A DNA stretch of 56,196 bases from Anaerolineae bacterium (GTDB lineage Bacteria > Chloroflexota > Anaerolineae > JAKLPW01), in NCBI GenBank assembly GCA_022013675.1, contig JAKLPW010000276.1, positions 1 to 56,196 of the forward strand, given 5' to 3'. This document shows positions 9,298 to 18,568 of this stretch, in pieces (positions within the stretch are counted from its first letter, which is position 1; every line of letters starts with the position of its first letter). A program made the translations under genes and the position numbers. Below the pieces are notes generated by a model. That model did not search any database, was not told the origin of the DNA, and saw only the letters and a program-made list of their open reading frames with translations.

Positions 9298-10410
9298 CTA
9301 ATCAATTACGTACCGAACAGGTGCTTCACGTGCCAGTATGTAGTTCATACCTCCTACCTGTCGTACCATGCCTTTCAGCTCCATCATAGTAAGAACGCTG
9401 CTGACCTGGGGGATAGGTAGTCCCGTGGCGCGCCCTAGCTCGTCAATGTGAATGGGCTCAGCAGTAATGTAGCGAAGAAGATCTGACTCAGTGGAGTTGG
9501 ATGGGATGATTTCTTGTACTTCGACGTGTTGGCTGATGGTGGAGAGATTCAGCTCTTCCAAGATGTTGCCGACATTGGTGACGAGCTTAGCCTCACCTTG
9601 CTGGATGAGCCTGTTGGTGCCTGCGCAGGTAGACTTGAAGATACTCCCCGGCACTGCGAAAGTCTCACGGCCTTGCTCCAAGGCGTAATCCGAAGTGATG
9701 AGAGCTCCACTCCTCAGGCCAGCCTCGGTCACGAGAGTGCCCAGAGACATGCCGCTAATGATCCGATTTCGGGGAGGAAAGTTTTTCCCCTCTGGTTTTG
9801 TGCCCAGGCAGTACTCGGAAACCAATGCGCCGTGATCTGCAATGTCGCGCGCCAGTCGGGCGTTCTCCGAAGGGTAGACGATGTCAATGCCGCAACCAAG
9901 GACCGCAATGGTGCGACCACCGGCTTCCAGTGCTGCTCTGTGGGCATGGGAATCAATTCCCCGTGCCAGTCCGCTGACAACGGTAACTCCGTTCCGTGCC
10001 AAATTGCCGGCTATGCGCCGGGTGATCTCTTTGCCGTAAGTCGTGGCACGGCGGGTACCAACTACGGCCACAGCCCATTCATCCTGGGGCAAAATCGTCC
10101 CTTTGACGTATAGAACGTGAGGCGGATGCTTTATGTGCTGCAATCGCAGAGGATAGCCTGGGGATTCGACCGTGAGTACTTGCACGCCCGCTCGTTCGAT
10201 CTTCTCCATCTCGGCGTCCAGATCAATCCGATTGCGAGTGGACAGAAGGTTCTCTATCGCACGGCGGTTCAGGCCGATGCTTTGGAGTTCAACTGGAGAA
10301 GCGTGCCAGGCGGTTGCTAGATCTCCGAAGTGGCTCAACAATCTCCGTACACGTACAGGGCCGATCTGTTGAACGATGTTAAAGCCGACCCAATACTTGA
10401 TCTCCGGCAT
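9298..10410 (-). CDS. dprA: DNA-processing protein DprA
   Basis: Motifs AVVGTR, VSGLARGID, FPPRNRIISG and SGALIT, plus a C-terminal winged helix. Confidence 0.95.
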   Translation of the reverse strand: MPEIKYWVGFNIVQQIGPVRVRRLLSHFGDLATAWHASPVELQSIGLNRRAIENLLSTRNRIDLDAEMEKIERAGVQVLTVESPGYPLRLQHIKHPPHVLYVKGTILPQDEWAVAVVGTRRATTYGKEITRRIAGNLARNGVTVVSGLARGIDSHAHRAALEAGGRTIAVLGCGIDIVYPSENARLARDIADHGALVSEYCLGTKPEGKNFPPRNRIISGMSLGTLVTEAGLRSGALITSDYALEQGRETFAVPGSIFKSTCAGTNRLIQQGEAKLVTNVGNILEELNLSTISQHVEVQEIIPSNSTESDLLRYITAEPIHIDELGRATGLPIPQVSSVLTMMELKGMVRQVGGMNYILAREAPVRYVID

Positions 10411-10432
10411 GATCTCTCCTCTACCCGAAGAG

Positions 10433-11062
10433 TTAGCGTAGGCCCTCAAGCAAGTGGACTGTAAGCCGGCCGGCTTCTAAGTCCACTTCTTGTACCACTT
10501 GCGCGATGGCGGGGATAAGAATCTCGTCTTCCTTGTTCTTAACTAAGTAGACCTCGTTGCTTCCGGTGAAGAGAACGTCATCTATAATGCCAAGGTATTC
10601 GTTCTCCTCTGTCCACACTTCGAGGCCGATTATCTGATGAACGTAATAAGTCCCTTCTTCAAGAGGTATGGCCTCATCATCCTTGATCTGGACCAGTTTG
10701 CCCCTTAGTCTTTCAACTGCTTCTCGTCGGTCCAGCCCTCGGAACTTTAAGACTATGTAGCGATTGTGTAAGCGACAGCCCTCCAGTTGAATCGGTTCGA
10801 GTTCTTCTCCAAGGTAGACTGTCTCAAGGAGTGAGAAGCGGTTTGGGAAATCGGTCAGGATGGTTGCCTTTACTTGCCCTCTCACTCCCCAGGGGGCCAA
10901 TATCCGTGCAATGACCATATGGCTGGGTGGATGCTCAGGCTCCATAATAGAGTCCAGATGTCCCTCAATGGATAAATCGGACATCTGGCTCCTTAGATCG
11001 TTATGACGCTCTCTCTTCACAGGTTTGCCCGGAAAATCTCCGCTAGGTTTGCTGTTTTTCAT
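10433..11062 (-). CDS. rimM: 16S rRNA processing protein RimM (start uncertain; ~45-aa N-terminal extension as called)
   Basis: Motifs PWGVRGQVK, TDFPNRF, YYVHQIIG, TGSNEVY and LIPAI; syntenic with rpsP and khpA. Confidence 0.93.
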   Translation of the reverse strand: MKNSKPSGDFPGKPVKRERHNDLRSQMSDLSIEGHLDSIMEPEHPPSHMVIARILAPWGVRGQVKATILTDFPNRFSLLETVYLGEELEPIQLEGCRLHNRYIVLKFRGLDRREAVERLRGKLVQIKDDEAIPLEEGTYYVHQIIGLEVWTEENEYLGIIDDVLFTGSNEVYLVKNKEDEILIPAIAQVVQEVDLEAGRLTVHLLEGLR

Positions 11063-11068
11063 ATGTGC

Positions 11069-11302
11069 TCATATGATATCCAGAGTGGAGCGTTTTCCCT
11101 CACATGTTGCAGCTACTCGGAGAAGAGAGCGCATGGCATTTGCGACTCGTCCTCGTCGCCCGATAACCACGCCCTTGTCCTCTGGTGCGACCTCTAATTC
11201 AAGCATCACAGAATAGCCACTGGAAACCGCATGCACGTGCACTTCATCAGGGTTAGGCACCAAAGCGCGCGCCATGTATTCGAGCAATTCCTTCATCGCC
11301 AT
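11069..11302 (-). CDS. khpA: KH-domain RNA-binding protein KhpA
   Basis: Motif DKGVVIGRRGRVANAMRSLL; lies between rpsP and rimM. Confidence 0.9.
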   Translation of the reverse strand: MAMKELLEYMARALVPNPDEVHVHAVSSGYSVMLELEVAPEDKGVVIGRRGRVANAMRSLLRVAATCEGKRSTLDII

Positions 11303-11321
11303 CTCCTATCTACTCTGCCGC

Positions 11322-11597
11322 TTAGGAATTAGACGGGTTTGCAGACACCGCGAGTTTGTCAAGGATACCCAACCGCTCAAGCATGAAGCGTACGGGGTCG
11401 GTAGGTTGAGCTCCTTGGCTGAGCCAATACCGAGCGCGCTCTTCGTCTATCTGAACGGTTGGTGGGTCCGTTCGAGGGTTGTAGTGTCCAATGTTCTCTA
11501 TGAATTTGCCATCCCTTGGAGATCTCGCATCGGCGACCACCACCCTATAGCTTAGCTGCTTCTTGGATCCGACTTGGCGCAGACGTATCTTTACCAT
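11322..11597 (-). CDS. rpsP: 30S ribosomal protein S16
   Basis: MVKIRL...[24 protein letters not shown]...GAQPT. Confidence 0.98.
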   Translation of the reverse strand: MVKIRLRQVGSKKQLSYRVVVADARSPRDGKFIENIGHYNPRTDPPTVQIDEERARYWLSQGAQPTDPVRFMLERLGILDKLAVSANPSNS

Positions 11598-11684
11598 CCT
11601 CTTCTTCTTCTCCTCCTCGCTTTCAAGACTTCACAAAATGATCAATGATGCTATCAAGCATCATTTTGTCTGGATGAACATCTA

Positions 11685-13007
11685 TTATCCGAACATAGAC
11701 AATATCCCACGTCCCCTGCCGCTGCCGAGTTGCTTCATCATCTTCTGCACTTGACGGAACTGGCGGAGCAATTGATTCAGATCCTGAGTAGTGGTTCCAC
11801 TTCCGCGTGCGATACGGCGCTTGCGGCTAGCGTTCAGGATACGTGGATTGCTACGCTCCTCAGGTGTCATAGAGTAGATCATAGCTTCAATGGTTTTAAG
11901 CCGTCTATCAGTGACGCCTTGCGGCATACCTTGACTGACGCTGCTAAAGCCGGGAATCATTTGCAGCACCTGGTCCATGGGACCTATCTTCTTGACCTCG
12001 TGCAACTGTTGCAGGAAGTCCTCCAGATTGAAGGTGGCCTTGCGGAGCTTCTGCTCCATACGGATAGCCTGTTCCTCATCGAAGGCTTCTTCTGCCTTCT
12101 CGATGAGAGTGAGCAGGTCCCCCATGCCCAATATCCGAGATGCCATCCGATCAGGGTAGAAGATCTCCAGTGCTTCCAGCTTCTCCCCCGCGCCCAGGAA
12201 CTTTATGGGCACGCCGGTGACCGAGCGCATGGAAAGAGCCGCGCCGCCTCGAGCATCACCGTCGATCTTGGTCAAGATCAGGCCGGTCAATCCTACTATT
12301 CTGTTGAACTCCTGGGCAACACGTACTGCGTCTTGGCCGGTCATGGAATCGGCAACCAGCAGCACTTCTGTTGGCGAGAGACGCCTCTTGATCTGTACTA
12401 GCTCGTTCATCATGGCGTCGTCTATATGCAAACGACCCGCTGTGTCCAGAATGACAGGACTCTGAGCCGATTTCCTGGCACTCTTGATGGCGTGGGAGCA
12501 GATATCCAATGGCTTGGCTTTGATGCCCTCACTATACACCGGGATGTCAAGCTGAGTGCCTAGCACCTCGATCTGTTCGATGGCGGCTGGACGGTAGACA
12601 TCAGCGGCTACCAACAAGGGATTTTGCCCGCTCTTGCGAAGGCGAAGGGCGAGCTTGGCAGCTGTAGTGGTCTTTCCTGATCCCTGCAATCCCACTAGCA
12701 TAATGACATGGGGAGTCGGTCCAGTGAGCTCCAGCTTGCCTGACTCACCCAGCAGAGCGATCAGCTCTTCATTGACGATTTTGATAACTTGTTGGGCCGG
12801 AGTGAGACTTTTCAGGATCTGTGTGCCGACGGCTCGTTCCGTGACACGCGCGATGAATTGCTTTACCACGCGAAAGTTGACGTCGGCTTCCAACAATGCC
12901 AATTTGACCTCTCGCAGGGCGACATCCACGTCTTTTTCGCCCAGCCGTCCCTTTCGAGACAGGTCCTTGAGAATGGCTTGTAATCTGTTGGACAGATTCT
13001 CAAACAT
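11685..13007 (-). CDS. ffh: Signal recognition particle protein
   Basis: Motifs GLQGSGKTT, DTAGR and TKIDGDARGG, plus M-domain SRKRRIARGSG. Confidence 0.98.
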   Translation of the reverse strand: MFENLSNRLQAILKDLSRKGRLGEKDVDVALREVKLALLEADVNFRVVKQFIARVTERAVGTQILKSLTPAQQVIKIVNEELIALLGESGKLELTGPTPHVIMLVGLQGSGKTTTAAKLALRLRKSGQNPLLVAADVYRPAAIEQIEVLGTQLDIPVYSEGIKAKPLDICSHAIKSARKSAQSPVILDTAGRLHIDDAMMNELVQIKRRLSPTEVLLVADSMTGQDAVRVAQEFNRIVGLTGLILTKIDGDARGGAALSMRSVTGVPIKFLGAGEKLEALEIFYPDRMASRILGMGDLLTLIEKAEEAFDEEQAIRMEQKLRKATFNLEDFLQQLHEVKKIGPMDQVLQMIPGFSSVSQGMPQGVTDRRLKTIEAMIYSMTPEERSNPRILNASRKRRIARGSGTTTQDLNQLLRQFRQVQKMMKQLGSGRGRGILSMFG

Positions 13008-13052
13008 ACGGTATCACGTGCCTATGTCCCATGCTGACCTCAAAGCCATACT

Positions 13053-13081
13053 ATTGTAACGCACAACGTGCTTTTAGTCAA
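13053..13081 (-). promoter_or_regulatory. sigma70-type promoter of the ffh operon
   Basis: TTGACT-N17-TACAAT on the minus strand. Confidence 0.65.
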
Positions 13082-13211
13082 AAGTAGTGTTCATCCAGCG
13101 TTGGAGAGTTGTGGGGAACATGGGAGTATTTGATAATTTGATAAGGGGTACTATCCATTATCTGCAGGAGCACGGGGCAGCACTACCAAAGTGCTGCCCC
13201 GTATTATGCCC

Positions 13212-13240
13212 TTCGCCAGAGACTAGAACGGTCTGGCGAG
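13212..13240 (-). terminator. Hairpin, possible terminator of the alaX-MBL unit
   Basis: Inverted repeat tcgccaga...tctggcga. No clear U-tract. Confidence 0.45.
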
Positions 13241-13252
13241 TTTGGTTGTCAA

Positions 13253-13411
13253 CTACTTCCACAGCAATGGCAAGGAGATGTAGAAGACCTCCGGTGTGAA
13301 GGTTGGTGTGGGCTCTGGAGTATTGGTAGCTGTCGGCTCCGCCGTTGGAGTGAACGTAGCAGTGGGTGCAGGAGTATTGGTAGCCGTTGGCTCCGGTTGG
13401 TAGAACGGTAC
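13253..13411 (-). pseudogene. Start-less remnant: Pro/Thr-rich linker plus C-terminal YISLPLLWK tail
   Basis: Hand translation gives VPFYQPEPTATNTPAPTATFTPTAEPTATNTPEPTPTFTPEVFYISLPLLWK*. It is in frame after the TAG-TGA of the upstream MBL gene. Confidence 0.7.
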
Positions 13412-13414
13412 TCA

Positions 13415-14269
13415 CTACTGTCGTGACATGCTTTCTTCCTTACGGATTTCGGCATACAGATGCTCCACGCCCAGTCGGACTTTCTGCGTCTCAACCAATC
13501 GTCTGTCAGCCGGAACAGGGAGGAGGTCGAGTATACCTGATTTCTCTACCGTGTCACGTCTAGTGGCTCCTTTCAGGAAGAACTCTCTAACTCGTTCTCG
13601 TGCACGTTGTAGGTACTCTGTCATGGCGAGTGTTGCTTCCATTCCGCAGATGGGACCGTGTCCGGGGATGATGATCTTCACATCCATGGCTCTGATTTTT
13701 TCCAATGCTTCGACCCACTGTTTGGTGTTCGCCTGTCCCATGAAAGGATGTTGACCACAGACGACAACATCGCCAGAGAACAGGATGCGCTGTTGAGGAA
13801 GGTAGACACCGATACTAGCAGGAGTATGCCCCCCGAGGTGAATCAGGCGGAGCTCTCGTTGGCCTTTGTACATTCGCAACTCCGAGGAGACTATCAACTC
13901 CGGTACTCTAGGACGGAGTATTTCTGACATTGCTGTGATATCCAGGTCCAGCATCTCGAAGTGCGTGGCCAGTCGCTGGTAGAAGGTCTCGTCATCATAG
14001 TCGCGCAGCTCTGTCCAGGCTAATTCATGAGCAACAACGGGGCAGTCGAAGGAAGAAGTGCCAAGGACACGGTCTAGATACTGGTCTGTGAGGATCATGA
14101 AGAGCACAGTATCACCAGCAATGCGTCGAATAGTACGTGCCCAGCCCCGCATTTCACCTGGCAGCATGAGAGTATCGACCAGTATAGCCCCTTCTGTGGT
14201 CGTAATTAGACCGGCGTTGATGTCTTGTGACCCCGTTTTCACGTAGATGCCCTCGGCCAGCTTATGCAT
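13415..14269 (-). CDS. MBL-fold metallo-hydrolase-like protein with degenerate metal motif
   Basis: Motifs NAGLI...LVDT, GGHTP, LFSGD and IIPGHG. HxHxDH is replaced by DQYLDR. ATG at 14269 follows GGAGG. Confidence 0.8.
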   Translation of the reverse strand: MHKLAEGIYVKTGSQDINAGLITTTEGAILVDTLMLPGEMRGWARTIRRIAGDTVLFMILTDQYLDRVLGTSSFDCPVVAHELAWTELRDYDDETFYQRLATHFEMLDLDITAMSEILRPRVPELIVSSELRMYKGQRELRLIHLGGHTPASIGVYLPQQRILFSGDVVVCGQHPFMGQANTKQWVEALEKIRAMDVKIIIPGHGPICGMEATLAMTEYLQRARERVREFFLKGATRRDTVEKSGILDLLPVPADRRLVETQKVRLGVEHLYAEIRKEESMSRQ

Positions 14270-14295
14270 GGCTCCTCCCATCTCTGTTATTGGCT

Positions 14296-15486
14296 TCATG
14301 ATGTAAGCTTCTGCAGAGCCAAGGCTAGCGCCCCATAGACTTCTTGGCTGGGTAACCCTCCTCCCTGTGCCAGGTTGGCTCTCCCTCCGCCTCCTCCGCT
14401 ACCGATTGCCTCGCAGGTCTCTCTGAGCAGTTCTCCCATGTCCATGGGTAGGTCGGAAGAGCGCGCGAAAAAGAGCCTACCCATGTCATTGACAGCTCCG
14501 AGAAGCGCTACGACTCCCTCTTCGTGCACGAGACGAAGGGCCAGAATGCGTACCTCCTGAGGGTCACGCCCTTCGAAGGCTTTCACGACGATCTTCCAAT
14601 GATCCTGGGGGTGAGCTTCAGACAGCAGGGATCGTGCTTCATGATCTAGAGCTTGCTCCCTGAGTGTCTTGAGAGACCGGTGACAGCTCTGTACTTCTGC
14701 CTGGAGACGCTCGACGGCTTCTAGAAGCTCCCATTCACCGATGCTGAAGCTCTGTGCCAGGTGGAGTATTGCGTTGTTCTTCTGTCGGTGGTCGCGCAGG
14801 GCGCGCCAGCCGCACAGGAATTCCACGCGGATCTTCTTGTGCTGCCGCTCCCACCGACGGACGAAGATCATTCCTGTCTCCCCGGTGGATTTGAGATGCG
14901 TTCCGCCACAGGCAGAGAGATCGAAGTCTTCTACCGCTACGACCCGCACCGTTCCCTTGACCGAGGGAGGTTTACGTAGCCCTGCTGTGGGGACTTCTTC
15001 TTGGGTCAGGGAGCGAATGATGACAGGACGATTTTGCAGCACGATCGTATTGGCACGATCCTCGACGCGAGTCATCTGTTCGGACGAAAGATGATCGGTG
15101 TTCAAGTCGATGGTAGATGTATCCTTACCTAAGTGAAAAGAGAGCGTTTGCGCTCCCGTTTCTGCCAGAAAAGCTTGAGAGAGGATATGTTGGCCTGTGT
15201 GTTGTTGCATGTGATCCAATCGCCTCTGCCAATCTATCTGGCCGCGTACTGAACCAAGAGGGAGGTTCCCAGTTATCAAGTGCACGATGTCCCCGTTTTC
15301 CTCATAGACATCAACAACTGACATCTCGTTGATGGTGCCGATGTCGTGAGGTTGGCCGCCAGACGTAGGGTAGAAGGCGGTTTGATCCAGGACGACGGCA
15401 TTGCGATCCTCCAGAGACCAACACCGGACTACATGGGCATCGAAAGTGCAGAGATAAGCGTCCGAGTGATATAGGTGTACTGTCAT
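14296..15486 (-). CDS. AlaX-L-type tRNA editing protein with C-terminal DHHA1 domain
   Basis: Motifs TAFYPTSGGQPHD, HMQQHTGQH, ACGGTH and GGGG..LAQGG. Confidence 0.9.
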   Translation of the reverse strand: MTVHLYHSDAYLCTFDAHVVRCWSLEDRNAVVLDQTAFYPTSGGQPHDIGTINEMSVVDVYEENGDIVHLITGNLPLGSVRGQIDWQRRLDHMQQHTGQHILSQAFLAETGAQTLSFHLGKDTSTIDLNTDHLSSEQMTRVEDRANTIVLQNRPVIIRSLTQEEVPTAGLRKPPSVKGTVRVVAVEDFDLSACGGTHLKSTGETGMIFVRRWERQHKKIRVEFLCGWRALRDHRQKNNAILHLAQSFSIGEWELLEAVERLQAEVQSCHRSLKTLREQALDHEARSLLSEAHPQDHWKIVVKAFEGRDPQEVRILALRLVHEEGVVALLGAVNDMGRLFFARSSDLPMDMGELLRETCEAIGSGGGGGRANLAQGGGLPSQEVYGALALALQKLTS

Positions 15487-15610
15487 AGGTCTTTCTGCTC
15501 CTCGTGGCTATCGTGATGCAGGGCCTTGCGCTGGAGGGTGCGCTAGAAGAATGTCTGTTTGAAGCTCTCGATTTCTCCGAGTATCATGAAGGCTCATCAC
15601 TGTAGCACTG

Positions 15611-15639
15611 ATTATAGCACAACCCCAATCGACTATCAA
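15611..15639 (-). promoter_or_regulatory. sigma70-type promoter of alaX
   Basis: TTGATA-N17-TATAAT with a TG extension. Confidence 0.65.
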
Positions 15640-15804
15640 CCGCAAGTTGCTTTGGGATTTCGAAGCAAATCAGGCCATAGGGAAGAATCAAGTTACCAGT
15701 TCGACGATTGGCGTTAGAGGGCCGTCGGGTTACGGACTCGGCTTGAGCATATTGCTAGCAACTGGCAGTTGTCTTCTGCTTCGTTTTCACATAACGAAGT
15801 CAAC

Positions 15805-15833
15805 TTGCCAAGGCGCTAGTTTGAGAGTACAAT
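15805..15833 (+). promoter_or_regulatory. sigma70-type promoter of pdxST
   Basis: TTGCCA-N17-TACAAT. Confidence 0.65.
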
Positions 15834-15908
15834 TATGCTGGAAAGCGCGGGGCGGCAAAGCTATTGATACTAGATTGGCAAGAATTCCCAAGGAGGTCAG
15901 GAACAAAC

Positions 15909-16796
15909 GTGAAGAAGGAAACGGCTACGTGGAAGGTGAAAACTGGGCTGGCTCAGATGCTGAAGGGGGGTGTGATAATGGACGTGGTCACACCAGAGCA
16001 CGCACGCATTGCGGAGGATGCCGGCGCGGTGGCTGTGATGGCTCTGGAGAGGGTCCCCGCTGACATTCGCGCGCAGGGCGGGGTTGCACGCATGAGCGAT
16101 CCCGAGCTAATTCTCCGTATCATGGAGGAGGTCTCTATTCCGGTCATGGCCAAGGTACGTATTGGGCATTTCGTTGAGGCTCAGGTGCTGGAGGCTCTGG
16201 GCGTGGACTTCATTGACGAGAGCGAGGTTCTGACGCCTGCCGATGAGGAGTATCACGTCGATAAACATCAGTTCAAGGTTCCTTTCGTATGCGGATGTCG
16301 CAATTTGGGGGAAGCCTTGCGGCGTGTTGGTGAAGGAGCGGCCATGATCCGCACGAAGGGGGAACCAGGCACTGGCAATGTGGTGGAAGCCGTGCGACAT
16401 GCGCGAGCGGTCTTAGGCACTATACGTCGCCTTCAGGGTATGGCTTCTGAGGAATTGATGACTGCCGCGAAGGAGATGGGTGCCCCGTACGATCTGGTTC
16501 TTGATGTTGCTCGAACTGGAAAGCTGCCGGTAGTGAACTTTGCGGCTGGAGGTATCGCGACGCCGAGCGACGCGGCTTTGATGATGCAATTGGGGGTGGA
16601 TGGTGTCTTCGTCGGCTCAGGTATTTTCAAGTCTGAGGATCCGGCGACTCGGGCCAGGGCTATAGTGATGGCCACAACTCATTACGCTGACCCCAAGATC
16701 ATCGCTGATGTGTCTAGGGGATTGGGGGAAGCCATGCCGGGATTGGAAATCTCTGAGATCCCGGAATCAGAGCTGCTCGCCACTCGCGGATGGTAG
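15909..16796 (+). CDS. pdxS: PLP synthase subunit PdxS
   Basis: Motifs [26 protein letters not shown] and [16 protein letters not shown] at 15909 follows GGAGG. Confidence 0.98.
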   Translation: MKKETATWKVKTGLAQMLKGGVIMDVVTPEHARIAEDAGAVAVMALERVPADIRAQGGVARMSDPELILRIMEEVSIPVMAKVRIGHFVEAQVLEALGVDFIDESEVLTPADEEYHVDKHQFKVPFVCGCRNLGEALRRVGEGAAMIRTKGEPGTGNVVEAVRHARAVLGTIRRLQGMASEELMTAAKEMGAPYDLVLDVARTGKLPVVNFAAGGIATPSDAALMMQLGVDGVFVGSGIFKSEDPATRARAIVMATTHYADPKIIADVSRGLGEAMPGLEISEIPESELLATRGW

Positions 16797-16887
16797 CGTA
16801 ACTCCTCGGCGTTTTGTGAATAGAATATGAGAATCCGGAGATCTGGACACAGCAGTGATTTCTGATAGAGCGGGAGGCTGTGAACGA

Positions 16888-17481
16888 GTGAGAATTGGGG
16901 TACTGTCCCTGCAAGGGGCCTTCACTGAGCACATAGCTATGCTACGCGGTCTGGGAGTAGAGGGGACCGAAGTACGACTGCCGGGCCAGCTCAAGGAATT
17001 GGATGGGTTGATTATTCCTGGTGGGGAGAGTACTGCCATTGGCAAATTGGCCGTATCATACGGTCTTCTTGAACCATTAAGGCAAATGGGGCGCAAGGGG
17101 TGGCCTATCTGGGGCACATGCGCTGGTATGATCATGCTTGCGAGCGACATTGGCGGGGATCAGCCTTTGTTGGGCCTGATGGATATCTCCGTTCAGCGCA
17201 ATGCCTTCGGTCGGCAGGTGGACAGTTTCGAGATGGATCTCTCGGTACCAGCTTTGGCAAGCATTGAGCCGGAAAGCCAGCTCGTGGCGTTCAGGGCGGT
17301 TTTCATCAGGGCTCCGCTTATTCAGAGAGTGGGATCTGGGGTGGAAATCTTGGCGCGATTGGATGACGACGCGATTGTGGCTGCACGAGAGGGTAATCTG
17401 CTAGCGACGGCGTTTCATCCAGAGCTGGGCAGCGACGTCAGATTCCATAAGTACTTCTTGGCAATGGTGCGAGAGCGCTAG
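16888..17481 (+). CDS. pdxT: PLP synthase glutaminase subunit PdxT
   Basis: Motifs IGVLSLQG, PGGEST, GTCAG, RNAFGRQ and FHPE. Confidence 0.97.
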   Translation: MRIGVLSLQGAFTEHIAMLRGLGVEGTEVRLPGQLKELDGLIIPGGESTAIGKLAVSYGLLEPLRQMGRKGWPIWGTCAGMIMLASDIGGDQPLLGLMDISVQRNAFGRQVDSFEMDLSVPALASIEPESQLVAFRAVFIRAPLIQRVGSGVEILARLDDDAIVAAREGNLLATAFHPELGSDVRFHKYFLAMVRER

Positions 17482-17520
17482 ACGCTTGTTTATCGTGGGT
17501 GGGATGAAGGGTGTAGGGCG

Positions 17521-18534
17521 TTGATCAAGCCTTTTGGTCTTCGGGACGTTCTTTTGGTCAGAGATCTCCAGAGAAGAAGCACGATTCTGGATCTGGAGAG
17601 TGCTCTACTGGGGGAATACTCTTCACTGCGACTGGCATTGTTGGCCTACCTGTTTCATCCTGGGGTGGGCGCATTCACTTGTGTGCTGGATTCTAGCGGA
17701 CTAAAGAGATGCGAGAAGGGATTTGTCCAGGTACGCAAAAAGCCCGGATGCCCCGAATGGGATGTGGTCTATATTGCACCTGCTTTGGATGAGGTCGGAG
17801 ATGCTCTGACTATCTGGTATCGGCTTCTGACTGGGATTTCCCTCATCGCCGCTGAGGAGGGGATATTGCGCGTTTTTGCGAGGCCGGTGCGGGATGATCT
17901 GGTGGAGGGAGTGCTGAGGCAGGCTGGTTTCAATGTCTACGCCCGGGAGATGATATACCGAATTGGCGATTCGTCTGTCCCTACATGGCGGCGGGGGGAA
18001 AGATGGCGATCCGCGAGTGAGGACGATCGGGAGGAACTGGGCCATCTCTATAGGAGTGTGACTCCTCATCTGGTGCAACAGGCGGAAGGTAGACACCCAC
18101 AGGAAGGAAACGGATCGCTCTTCGGGCAACTAGGTTTCCCTGGAGAGGAAGCGTACATACTTAGTGGAGATTGCCTGGATGCTTACCTGCGGTTGAGAGG
18201 GGGACCCAAGGGATATTGGATTCAGTTACTTCTACGTGATAGTGGGGACTCTGATATGGCTGAAGTAGTATCAGAGGGTCTTGGCCTGTTGACCGGCCGT
18301 CCACCGCTGCCAGTCTATTGGGCTGTGAGGGGTTATCAGGGATACCTCCCGGCACTGTTGCGAGGTAAGGGGTTTGAGCCTGTGGCAACACGCTCTCTGA
18401 TGGTGAAGCACACCACGGCACGGGTGAAAGTGAAGAAGCACAAGTTGGTGTCCACTCTGGATAAAGGTATCAAGGTCACGCCGGGAGTCTCGCCGAGTGG
18501 AGGGGCTGCAACTCGGCTTGAGAAACGAGTTTAG
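17521..18534 (+). CDS. Hypothetical protein, possibly tandem GNAT-like folds
   Basis: 337-aa co-oriented ORF with two segments ending in LRQAGF and LRGKGF, reminiscent of GNAT motif B. Confidence 0.55.
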   Translation: MIKPFGLRDVLLVRDLQRRSTILDLESALLGEYSSLRLALLAYLFHPGVGAFTCVLDSSGLKRCEKGFVQVRKKPGCPEWDVVYIAPALDEVGDALTIWYRLLTGISLIAAEEGILRVFARPVRDDLVEGVLRQAGFNVYAREMIYRIGDSSVPTWRRGERWRSASEDDREELGHLYRSVTPHLVQQAEGRHPQEGNGSLFGQLGFPGEEAYILSGDCLDAYLRLRGGPKGYWIQLLLRDSGDSDMAEVVSEGLGLLTGRPPLPVYWAVRGYQGYLPALLRGKGFEPVATRSLMVKHTTARVKVKKHKLVSTLDKGIKVTPGVSPSGGAATRLEKRV

Positions 18535-18568
18535 AAGACCGGGTGACCGTGGTTTGAGGTGATCGTAG

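Noticed and set aside
11635-11669. Inverted repeat (aatgatgc...gcatcatt) between ffh and rpsP containing CTATCAA
   Set aside because: Single heptamer with no -10 at SARP spacing. It is an AT-rich hairpin of unclear role.
13412-13417. Pyrrolysine or selenocysteine read-through at TAG-TGA
   Set aside because: Two different consecutive stops would need recoding, and no recoding machinery or clear SECIS is visible.
13158-13494. ORF-track calls 13158-13415 and 13249-13494
   Set aside because: They are off-frame readings of the Pro/Thr repeat. The third frame gives the recognisable peptide.
15640-15908. Riboswitch upstream of pdxS
   Set aside because: No recognisable aptamer consensus. Divergent promoters account for the ends of the region.
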